Part shown: in pieces, positions 12,108 to 22,370 of the stretch
How positions within the stretch are numbered: position 1 is the stretch's first letter
How the letters are laid out: each line of letters starts with the position of its first letter
From: Macrostomum lignano
Taxonomy: Eukaryota
DNA length: 64,000 bases
Direction of reading: 5' to 3'
Assembly: GCA_002269645.1 (NCBI GenBank)
Contig: NIVC01002524.1
Coordinates: 100,415-164,414, forward strand
Made by a program: the position numbers and the translations under genes
The notes under the pieces: generated by a model
Told to the model about the DNA's origin: nothing
Databases searched by the model: none
The model's input: only the letters and a program-made list of their open reading frames with translations

Positions 12108-13592
12108 TTTTACTCCAATGTCTCCAAAAGCGTTTCTCTGACTGAGGTTTTAAATGTAAGATTTTCGTATACAGCCTTCGTTCGTGCATTTGCAACAAAC
12201 CCCCTCAACACAATTACGAGTACGAGGGTGCAGGCATGAAATTGGGGTGGGCAGATTGCCTTAGTCTGGATAGTACTGTACTTTGCTCTAGTTGTCGGCT
12301 TGTGCAGTCTAGCCTTCTATCCTTTCCTGTTCCTATTTTACAGGGGTTTTGGGAACGTGCGAGTACTGTTTAAACTCATGCTTAAAGCCAACTATCTGCC
12401 TCTTGTACGTGCGACTATCCACTGCCCAAGGCCCATGCCCAAGTTACTGTGTGCCAATAGTAGTGCTTTCGTTCAATCGAGTAAAACATCAGGATGCACT
12501 TAGCAATTGCGCAAAACTTCATTGCATTTAGAGTCGCGGCGCATTGAGTTTTTGTGTCGTTTTTTCGTGTACTTTCTGAAACACACACATCACAATACGT
12601 CGTATATTATTGTGCAGTGAAGTAACACCGGTGCTATTTTACAAGTATACGTAAATAAAGGAGTAAGAAGAAATTGCAGGGTGAGTACACTTCTAGCGCA
12701 CACAATAACTGTAAGATAGTACAGTGAGATAGCCAACCAAAAAGTAAAGCTCGGGCCAAGTTGAGCTGTTATCTATCACTAAACAGAAAACTCTACTCAC
12801 AAAAAGCAACACGCCCTATTTTAATCAGCCAAAACAGCGATTGAAGAAAGAGTTAAACAGAAAATCTTCCATCAAAAACCTCAGTCAGAGAAACGCTTTT
12901 GGAGACATTGGAGTAAAAATGTGCAACACTCTGCTCCCACTGGCCTGCACTGCCTGTCTGGCATTCGTGCTTCTTGCGGGCCTCGGCTGCCTGGACAATC
13001 TCGCAGCTCCGGATAAGCCGGCCCTGCCAGCCACGCTCAACTGGGGTGCCTCGAGCGACTCAAGCAGCGACGGCGAAGCGGTGGAAGCCACAAGACTGTC
13101 TGTCAGCAATGCAACACTCGACGATTTGAGGTCGCGCTTGAAAGCGTTCAAGTTTGTGGAGCCGGTCGAGAACTCCGGCTTCGAGTACGGCTTCAACGGC
13201 GCCTTCATGAAGCAGCTGGTGTCTCACTGGCTCAACAAATACAACTGGCGAGTCTGGGAGGATCGCCTGAACAGTTTTCCGAACTATTTCACTCGGATCG
13301 AAGGACTAAAAGTGCACTTTATGCACCTGAAACCGTCGAAGAAGGGGGTGAAGAAGCGAGTGCCTCTGTTGATTTTGCACGGTTGGCCCGGGTCAGTGTT
13401 CGAGTTTTACAAGCTGATTCCACTGCTGACGACTCCAGATACGGACGGGTTGGCGTTCGAAGTTGTAGCTCCCTCGATTCCGGGATACGGGTGGTCCGAA
13501 GCGGCGAAGAAGCGAGGCTTCAGTGCCGCTGCCTGTGCTCGAGTGTTCGACAAGCTGATGGTCAGGCTCGGGTATCGCCAGTATTACATCCA
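11434..13592. repeat. Large inverted repeat: arms 11434-12151 and 12875-13592 (718 bp each), 723-bp spacer
   Basis: The proteins are identical up to YYIQ. The alternative-frame ORFs are also identical (11818..12141+ equals 12885..13208-), which implies nucleotide identity. Confidence 0.93.
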
Positions 13593-14349
13593 GGGTGGCG
13601 ACTGGGGAGCCGGCATTGGTCACATAATAACAAGAGAGTTTCCGGAGCGAGTGCTCGGCTTCCATACCAATATGCCGATGCAGCCATTCCGACAGCCATC
13701 AGTGATCGTACAGATGATCGCCGGATCGTTCATACCTGACGGTATCCTGTTTAGCAAGAAGGACGGACAAAAAATATTTCCCTACTTTGAAAAGCTGAGC
13801 GACATCATCCGTGAGAGCGGGTACATGCACATTCAAGCCACTCGGCCGGACACCATCGGGCACGCCTTGTCGGACTCGCCAGTGGGTTTGGCTGCCTACA
13901 TTCTTGAGAAGTTTAGCGTTTGGACAGATCCGCAAAATAGGCTTTCCCAGACTGGCAACCTTATCGGCCCGAAGGCGGCCTTCAGCCTGGACGAGCTGCT
14001 GACCAATGTAATGATCTACTGGACCACTGGCAGCATCACTTCGTCCGTGCGGCTGTACAAGGAAGTTTTTAGTGAGAATAGGGAAACTACGATGGCCTAC
14101 TTCTCCATCCCGTCAGATGTTCCGCACGGAGTCGCAAGCTTCTCTAACGAGCTTTCTCGGGTGCCCGAACGCATCGTACGAGTTACCCATCCCAACCTGC
14201 TACACTACGCTGACTTCGATCACGGCGGTCACTTTGCCGCTTTTGAACTGCCCGACTTGATGAACTCAGAGGTGCGCGCGTTCGTTCGCGCAGCTGAGGA
14301 CTTCCACGCCAAGAAACGGTCGCCACTGGGTGAAGGCAAAGAGCTTTGA
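12919..14349 (+). CDS. EPHX1: Microsomal epoxide hydrolase (EPHX1/JHEH family) paralog B, 476 aa, single exon
   Basis: The ATG at 12919 matches the paralog A start. Motifs HGWP, GGDWG, ESGYMHIQ, RLYKE and GGHFAAFE are all intact. Confidence 0.96.
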   Translation: MCNTLLPLACTACLAFVLLAGLGCLDNLAAPDKPALPATLNWGASSDSSSDGEAVEATRLSVSNATLDDLRSRLKAFKFVEPVENSGFEYGFNGAFMKQLVSHWLNKYNWRVWEDRLNSFPNYFTRIEGLKVHFMHLKPSKKGVKKRVPLLILHGWPGSVFEFYKLIPLLTTPDTDGLAFEVVAPSIPGYGWSEAAKKRGFSAAACARVFDKLMVRLGYRQYYIQGGDWGAGIGHIITREFPERVLGFHTNMPMQPFRQPSVIVQMIAGSFIPDGILFSKKDGQKIFPYFEKLSDIIRESGYMHIQATRPDTIGHALSDSPVGLAAYILEKFSVWTDPQNRLSQTGNLIGPKAAFSLDELLTNVMIYWTTGSITSSVRLYKEVFSENRETTMAYFSIPSDVPHGVASFSNELSRVPERIVRVTHPNLLHYADFDHGGHFAAFELPDLMNSEVRAFVRAAEDFHAKKRSPLGEGKEL

Positions 14350-15327
14350 AAGAAATACCTACACTGATTTACATGTAACTGATAGACTTCGAAAGTGACA
14401 TTAGGTCATTTATATTTCTATACAAACTAACGGTTTCAATTAGCTCGCTCGTATTAAGATTGGTATTCTTAACCAGTTTCCTCACAATTAGTCCGTTAAA
14501 CAAAATTTCATAATATATATCAAAGTCTGGACCTCCACCTATCACTTCAATCCTTTACATTATTTTATTGATTTTCGCTAAAGTCACCATGCCTAGAATG
14601 AATGTCGAGGAATTTTTTGAATAATTTATTTCTGAAGTTACTTCTATAATGAGTAACAAATATTTATTCGATTGATTTGTTGTGATAATCAAATTTGGAA
14701 AAGAAAGCAGTAAAGAAAAATGAAAATCGTACATTTTTACAAAATATTCGAATCAGAAACAGAATCTGAGTTAAACATACCAAGTAAATTTATACGCTTG
14801 GATAGGAAGTACGTCATAGCTAAATGAAGGTCAGAGATGAGAAGGTTTGATAAGGGTTGAAAAGTGGTTAAACAAAAAACACATGCAAGTTTTGCCATCT
14901 TATCTAGCAGTACTGTAAATCATGCATACGCTCGTATCTTTCTCTGAGAGCTTCTTTTCTGTTTGAACATCCCGACAATATATTACTACCGAAACCCTTG
15001 AAGCCATCGTTGTCAGTTGTCCAAATGTCTGCGAATAAACATGGCATGCGCTTATTTAGAGGCTTATTATATGCGATGTTACCAGTGTCAAGGAACGCAT
15101 GGTTACAAGAAGTCCCAATGAAATAATGGTGCAATAAGGGAAACGAAGTATTATTTGGTCAATGATTAAATAAACCAGAGAAAGAAGTTTTAACGTTAAT
15201 GCAACAAAACAAAAAACCTAAAGCAGCCGAGCTACATTTTAGTAAATCCCTGTAGGCCGCAGCGAGGGTCTGGGGCCTTTTGCGTCTGCCAGGAGGATCG
15301 TCAGCGCGTCCAACAGCTCTTCTCGGC

Positions 15328-18300
15328 TCAGCCGGTTCGCAGAGGAGCTGGATGTCCTAGTGCGCTAGCCTCGTGACCAACATCCTCGCCCACCATTAGG
15401 CCTAAGCGGGTCCTGTCGTTGCGCAATCCGATAGCCTGGTTGATTAGGTAGTGCACCAACACATCCGGATCGAACAGGTCCATCTTGACCCGCACCGGGC
15501 TGCTCGGTGCCCAACGGCCGAGGCCGGTGACGAGAAGTTCGCGCAATACGTCCAAAATGTTGAGCGGTGGTGATAGGGCTGAGTAGTTCTCGTACTCGTT
15601 GACGAAGGCGAACCTCTCGAACTGCCACAGAGCTCGACTGTTACTATCGATCTCGTCAATTGTCTTGGAAAAGAGCGCAACAATGAGGCTTAAAAGCAAA
15701 ATGGTGGTGATGATTATGTAAATCGGTAGCAGGATGTAGGGCACGACGAATACAGCATCCGGGTGCGGACAGTTGAGGCTTGTGTTTTGGCGAGCTTCAA
15801 ACACCTGGGCGCATTCGCTTCCAGTCATCTGGTCTAGGTGGTACTCGCCAAACATACTGTAGAAGCAAATATGCAGCACATGCCTGATGACTTCAGACAT
15901 GCTGAGTTGGTTTGGGTTGTAGGCAAAGAAACCGTTCGGATGCATTAAAGACGTCATGAAGATGCCAAATCCAAACAGATAGATGAATAGGATGTATAGA
16001 AATGGCAGCAGGTCTTTGATGATCATAGTAGACATCATGGTGAGCTTCGGGCCAAAGTAGGCATTCACGCGTGCAATGTTGAGCAGCTTCACCCACATGA
16101 GAAGACAGGCCAGCCCGTAAAAGAAACGGGCACAGAACCATACATGATTCTCAAATAGTTCGGTAAACGTCTCCGGGGTCTCCTCCCGCAAGGCCATTGT
16201 AAGACGAAGGATGAAGGCGGTAATCATGAAGAGGCATGCAAAGCCGTCAACTATGTTCCATTTGTTTGAACCATACTCGTGGAAGCTGTCGTGCCAAAGC
16301 GACAGACCGAGCTCTCGCAGCTCCTCGATGATGAAGCCTAACGCGATTATGTAAGCACAAACCTCCAGTGGTGAAATTGTCCAGTTGAAGTCAATCAACA
16401 CAGTGTAGGACATAATTAGAATCAGCGTCACGTGACTCATTGTAAAGTAGCGAAACTTAACACTCGGGATGTGGTAGAAGCAGTACAGCAGGCCGATGAA
16501 TATTTGTAGCTTCGCTTTCACAGACTTCCTCGAGCCAAATATTCGCTCTCCGCTAAAGTCGTTGTCAAACATGGTCGTCGCCGGTCCCGTATCTTCATGC
16601 AAGGCGAAGCTCTCGTTGCTTCCCATGCTGCCCTGAATGGTTGCATCATTCTGCTTCTGCTTCTGTTTCAGCTGCGGCTGCTGTTGTTCAACCCGTGAAG
16701 AAGCGCGGCCACCGTCATAAGCGTACAAGAGAATCGCCAAGAGAGGATTCATTGGGATGATGCCCATGATGACTGCGAATTCCCGCAGCCAAGGGTTCAT
16801 ATTGCAAAGAAAGCGCTGCCAGGTGATGTCCATGGCCTTCTGACAGACGTCCAAACGAAGAAAGGAGTCGCACTGACAGTTAGCCGCTAGATGAATGCAG
16901 CTCAAATTTCCGAATTCCGGCATGCTCTGCAATAGGTATTGGTAGGTCACCCACTTGTCCTCACTCATATCAACTTGAACTGCCTTGGTGAGTGCATCAC
17001 AGGCAACGCGTTCACACTGGTCGGCAAGGTCAGTAACGGCAGGCAGCTGCAAGGCATCAATTTCCAAGACAGTGTTGAGCTTCCTAAGAATTCCGGCGGA
17101 CAAAACGCAAAGAGGAACGATTTCGAACTGCGTCTTTCGCAGGAAAGCAAGGGTCAGATTGAACCTGCCAGTAAGAATGCTCCAAACAGCTAGCGTCTCG
17201 ACTGGATTGTTTATTTGCAGCGTATCTTTTCCAGACTCTCGAACGTCATCACCGGCTGATGGGGGGCTCATGCCAATGCATATGGCCACCCGCTGGTTGA
17301 GCTTGCGAAGATTAAATGCCTGCCGCTTTCCTCCTATCGTACCTGTGCCCGAATCCATAAAACAGGTGTAAAACTGCTTGCTTATAATGCTGGCATCCCT
17401 GTTGGTGTTGTTATAAAGAGTAGAAATGTGGTCTTCAAGAAACCCGCTCACTCTGTCCCAGAGAACGCCACATTTCATTACATCATTAAGTGCAGAAATA
17501 TCCTCACGAAACAGGATGTACTTGGTTGTGAAGATTGCAATTGTGTCGATGATCTCACGATTTTCCGAGTATCTGTGAATCGCGTTGGTCTTCAGGGCAG
17601 CCATCAGAATAGTTTGGAACTCGATCACATCCTGTAGGTTCTCCTCATCAAGATCCAGCAACTCGTCGACTAGCTTCATCTCTTCAGCTGGGTCTCCGAC
17701 TGTGTTGTAGTAGCAACGACGGCTCTCCGAGTCGATGAGCTGCAGCAAGCACAGGAATTCCTGAAAGCCGCGGCTCCTGTAGAGATCCTGCGGCTTGGTC
17801 ACCTTAGTGTCAGAAGACACGCGATCGGTAAAATGGCGAATCAGCTCGCGCAGCGTGCCGCGATTCTTGTTGCTCATCATGACGTCGATTGCGGTACGGC
17901 CGTCCGTAGTTTCCCGATCGACTGTAGCACCATGGTCTAGCAGCAGCTTCATTAGCGTAATGTTCTGATTGGCAACTGCAATGTGCAATGGCGTCTTGCC
18001 GTCAGCATCCTGAGCATTTATGAGTTCTGGCGCTGCTCCCAGCACGAGACCTGCGTGTTCTTGTAGGTCGTTTATGCAGGCTCGGTGCAGTGGTGTCAGC
18101 TGGGCCTGATCAACCAGGCTGGCATCGGCGCCGTGGCTTAATAGTAGCTCAAGGAGCACAGTGGAGCTGTCAGAGCACGCTTTGTGCAGCAAATAGTCCC
18201 CGGTGGGTAGTGCAACGTTTGGATTGGCGCCCTGCTCGAGTAGGAAGGCCACTGTTCCGGCCACATCGGGTCCTGATAGCGCATAGTGTATCGGTATGAA

Positions 18301-18732
18301 GCCGGCCGTGTTGGGTCGATTAATCTCAGCCCCTTGATCTAGGGCAATCTCTAGCAGTTTGATCTTGCTTAGAGCAGCTGCAACGTCGCTTAGACGCATG
18401 GCTTCATGCAGTTCCAAGTCGATTACCTTGGGATTGGCAAAACGTTTCAATGCCTCGATGTCATCGTCCATGATAGCTTGATACAGCAGTTCGGCTATGT
18501 TAGGTTGGGTCTCTACAGGTTGGATCACGGCATCGGAGTCCGCCCTCTCAGTTTCTGGCTCCCTGTCGTCTGCTTCTGGCCTGTCTTCCGTCACCTGGGG
18601 CGCGGTGGAATCGCGACGCTTTGTGGTTAGTCGGGTGCCGAACAATCGCAGGTTGCCGAAGCCCAACTTTTTATTCGTCTTCTTTTTCGAGCCGAAGAAG
18701 CCCTTGTCCTGAGACTCCGGTGGCGACGACAT
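15328..18732 (-). CDS. TRP cation channel with a TRPM-like channel region and N-terminal ankyrin repeats, 1134 aa, one ORF
   Basis: About 5-6 ankyrin repeats (GFIPIHYA, DYLLHKAC, LTPLHRAC, GKTPLHIA). TRPM-like pre-S1 region (LAVWSIL...SCIHLAA...CQKAMDITW; YHIPSVKF). Six hydrophobic segments, FGPKLTMM S4-S5 linker, FYSMFGE pore and WQFER...LSPPLNIL TRP box. Confidence 0.9.
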   Translation of the reverse strand: MSSPPESQDKGFFGSKKKTNKKLGFGNLRLFGTRLTTKRRDSTAPQVTEDRPEADDREPETERADSDAVIQPVETQPNIAELLYQAIMDDDIEALKRFANPKVIDLELHEAMRLSDVAAALSKIKLLEIALDQGAEINRPNTAGFIPIHYALSGPDVAGTVAFLLEQGANPNVALPTGDYLLHKACSDSSTVLLELLLSHGADASLVDQAQLTPLHRACINDLQEHAGLVLGAAPELINAQDADGKTPLHIAVANQNITLMKLLLDHGATVDRETTDGRTAIDVMMSNKNRGTLRELIRHFTDRVSSDTKVTKPQDLYRSRGFQEFLCLLQLIDSESRRCYYNTVGDPAEEMKLVDELLDLDEENLQDVIEFQTILMAALKTNAIHRYSENREIIDTIAIFTTKYILFREDISALNDVMKCGVLWDRVSGFLEDHISTLYNNTNRDASIISKQFYTCFMDSGTGTIGGKRQAFNLRKLNQRVAICIGMSPPSAGDDVRESGKDTLQINNPVETLAVWSILTGRFNLTLAFLRKTQFEIVPLCVLSAGILRKLNTVLEIDALQLPAVTDLADQCERVACDALTKAVQVDMSEDKWVTYQYLLQSMPEFGNLSCIHLAANCQCDSFLRLDVCQKAMDITWQRFLCNMNPWLREFAVIMGIIPMNPLLAILLYAYDGGRASSRVEQQQPQLKQKQKQNDATIQGSMGSNESFALHEDTGPATTMFDNDFSGERIFGSRKSVKAKLQIFIGLLYCFYHIPSVKFRYFTMSHVTLILIMSYTVLIDFNWTISPLEVCAYIIALGFIIEELRELGLSLWHDSFHEYGSNKWNIVDGFACLFMITAFILRLTMALREETPETFTELFENHVWFCARFFYGLACLLMWVKLLNIARVNAYFGPKLTMMSTMIIKDLLPFLYILFIYLFGFGIFMTSLMHPNGFFAYNPNQLSMSEVIRHVLHICFYSMFGEYHLDQMTGSECAQVFEARQNTSLNCPHPDAVFVVPYILLPIYIIITTILLLSLIVALFSKTIDEIDSNSRALWQFERFAFVNEYENYSALSPPLNILDVLRELLVTGLGRWAPSSPVRVKMDLFDPDVLVHYLINQAIGLRNDRTRLGLMVGEDVGHEASALGHPAPLRTG

Positions 18733-21700
18733 CTTGCGGTGGACGAACTGGTGTTTCAGGTCCGTCTTTCTTGGTCACTAGATGGTCAAAGAAATAGATT
18801 TTTCTGTTTAAGGAACACGAGTCACAGAGCTAGCTATTTAAAGCAATGTTAATCACTTTATAAAAAAAGTCGAAAACTCACACAGCCAAGCGAACATGTG
18901 AGACCGCCTTATCGATGGTTTATGCAAGGGCTGTTCTACTCGCTCGCGTTTCCCACTATTCTGAACCAGTCACTTGCCTTTCTTACTAATTTGGCTAGAT
19001 AAACTTTGCATGTCTAATTGGCACCCTCTACTGCTCAAGTGGAGCAGTTTCTACCTGTGTTTGCACTTCTTTTCTATTGAAACATTCGAGCCAAACTCCA
19101 ATCTTTTTTCTGTTGGACAATTTTTATCTAATCAACAGACCAGACGGCTCCAATCATCTAATTGTGTGCTCACAAATTTGACAGCGATTAAAAATTTAAC
19201 TAAGAAAATTTGAGCAAAGGTAAATTAAAGATTAACCGCAATTTAACTGGAGCATACCTGGCGGCTGATTCTCTCGCGAATTCGTGCGTAAAAATTCTTT
19301 AATGAGCTCACCGGTGCAATGCGCAAACAATTTTGGAATGCTAAACAATCTGTTTTTTATCTCAAAGCCCAATTTGCATTTCATGCACCACCAATCTCAC
19401 TAATTGGCCGTGACCGTATTGGACATCGTTATGTACATGTCAGCGTAATGTACGCGTTTTTTCTATCTTTCTGGGGCCTGCTAGTGCTGGCGCAACCTCT
19501 GCGTCTGTCGATCACAGCTCTCACACACAAGTGATTAAATGCACCAGAGGGGATTACAACTGGTAGACTATGGGATTGTACATTAATGCCATAGTCAGGT
19601 AATGTACATTAATTGGTGCCTTGGGGGTTGGCCCTCTATAGCGCACTGCATGCACAACCCCCAGGGAAATCCAATTAAGAAGTAGTTCAATGTTTAAGAA
19701 ACTGATCCCCTGACCATAGCTGAGAGCTCATAAAGTTAAAATGACGCTAGTCTAAGTTGGAGTCTAATCTAGCGAAGAGAAGCTACGATAATTGTGTCGG
19801 TTTATCCACTGATTATTATAAGCATGGTGTACAGTAGCATTAAAATTGCCACCCTAGACCCGAGCAAGCGGTGACAAACCATTCATTTTTACAGTGGTGC
19901 TCAACCGTTCCCTAACCTCTAGGGCAGCACTTTTTATGATACTGATTTTAAAACCATTTCATGCAAAGGTTGTGGTGGGTCCGTCTACCATAAATCATTG
20001 TGAAATTTTGAATGGCAAAAACGGATCAAAGTGTTTGAATCAAAAACTCGATGCAATGACGAAGACAAAATAGATGCATACTACTTTCAGTAACTCCGTC
20101 AACAAATACCCGATGCGCGCAGACAGCAGCTGTAAAACTTCCTTGACAGGGATGAAGAAAGTCTTACTGAGTCTTACGGCTTTACTGCTTTACTGAATCC
20201 TTTACTGATACGGGCAAAACGTACTCAGCGAGGGAACTCACGAGAGGCTACAGCTTTTATTAGCAACTCATCCAGCCTGTAATACAATATCTTTCTAGCC
20301 AGCCTAAAAATATTAATCAAGAAGCTCCACTGCGCCGGGCCCTCGATAAAAGTCTGTCTGTTGCTAACAATTATGCAGCCGTAATAACTGCAGCCATCGC
20401 ATCCCTGACCCCCCCCCCTGTCTCTTCGATTGCCGCCAGAATTGAATTCGCTCTCAAATCTCCTCAGAGGAGAGGAGGGGGCGAGCAGACTGCGCTCAGA
20501 AGTAGAGAAAAAGCCGAATCTATCCAAAGGCCAACCTCGCCCTCGTTTTCTCTACACTTTCCGTTCGACGAAGAAGCTGAAAGAAGAAGATTGGGGCAGC
20601 CAGAGTTTTCTATTCTTAGCCTTTAGCCCGTGGCCTCGAAAATGGCAGCCGGTTTCAAGGAGGAGGGCGATGGGGATTAAGAATGGGAGCTGGGAGAAGA
20701 GGAGAGGCGGCAAGAGAGACTGGAGAGGGGCACGGCACTGCAGTCGCAGTTGTTAGAAACGCAGGCCGCCCGTGTTCAATAGATAGATAAAGATTGCCTG
20801 CCTGCTGGCTACAGGGTCTGGGGGCCGAATTGTCCTTTCCTTTTCCTGTTCCCTAATCCCCAACTTGCCGCCCCACCCCAGCTGTCCCGCCTGTCACTGA
20901 CGCAGGTGATAGGATGCGCCGGGATTATTGGGGGCGGCACCTCATGAATCTGGGTCGGATAGCAGAGTGCACGGATAACTAAGTTGCCATTCGGATTCGC
21001 TGTAAACACACTGAACACGCCAGAGATTTCTCTAACTATGCTTTTTAATATTTTTTACCACTTTGACCATTTTGAGTTTTGCGGCTTTCGGTTGCAGCCG
21101 CACGGATTAGTTAAAAGCTTCGCTAGAAACGTGGAACAGCTGACCACCACTCTACTGAAAGTTGAACCCGCCGCCGCTCTAAACTTAGCGGAAGCAAGAA
21201 ATTGATTGGCGCGAATAAAATGACCAGCGCGCGCAACAATATCGCCGACAAACCTTGAATAGGAGCATCGGGTGTAGGCGGCACCGGAGTAATCAGCATT
21301 GGCATTTCACCCTGTTCGTGTCTCGAACCCCCTTCTATCCGACCCTTCAGCCCACTGCCTGCACCCCAGCCGCTTTCTGCCCGCTTTTAGAGGAAAGTGT
21401 AAGATTGGGAAATGTTTGCGGGGTGTCTTGTCGGTTTGGACTTTGGAAGGCTGGTTGGGGGGGGGGGCAGTGCGTAATGGGAATCGCGGAAACTTGCCGG
21501 AGCTTTGGGCGATCCCAACTCGACCGATTTCAGTCTGGCTTTGGTTCTATCAGTGCATTTCTCTGGCCTCCTCTCCATCCTTTTGCTTTGCTTCTTTTCC
21601 CTGTAATTTGATCCTAGTAACCGATTCTGACGGTAAGAAAAAGGGCTTAGGGATAAAGCGGCAGATGGGCTGCGAGGATGCCGATCCCCTTCTCTTCATC

Positions 21701-22370
21701 CCAGAGCCGTCCCGGCTCTAAAGCCAGCCAGTTCTGATGTCCGCGAGATTTTCCTCGCTATCGCATAATGCTGGCTGATGCTTCCTAGTTTGATGAGGGA
21801 TGAGAGGCAGCTGGGAAATGAGCTCGGCGAGAGGGGTTTTTGCCTCGTCGATGTCTACCAGAGATGCCAGTGTGTTGAAGCTCTTCAGACCGGGAGTCTC
21901 GTAGTAACACTTCTCTTCTCAATATTTTCGCGAAAGTAATTTTCCTCGCTAGGGCTCGGTCTCGCTCAGATCAGCAGCATGGCGCCACCAAACTGTGTTG
22001 ACAAACTGTGTTCGATCTGCAGTGGAAGATTGATAGCAGCACGCACTCCTATTCTAATCTTATACTGTATCGCACTGACTTCCACTCGCTCTCTTGGCAA
22101 TTAGGTAACTTTCGGCACCTTTCGGTTTTGGCTTTCGGGAGCGCTAATCTAATTTCCGAACAAGGAACACTAGTAGAGCATGTTTCTGCTTGCCGAATTG
22201 TTCGGGTAAAGGCACGAGAGATTTTGTATTTCTGCTTTGCCGTTAGTTTTTAGCAAACATAATCCAGAAATAAGAGCTATCTATTGATAAAGTTACCTTT
22301 GCATTTGCTTGCAAATATTTCTTGCTTATTTTTTCGGTAACACAAATAAAGGGTACACACATGTAGAGCA

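Noticed and set aside
12841-12918. 26-aa N-terminal extension of epoxide hydrolase B in the ORF track
   Set aside because: It starts at TTG; the paralog and the hydrophobic anchor place the start at ATG 12919.
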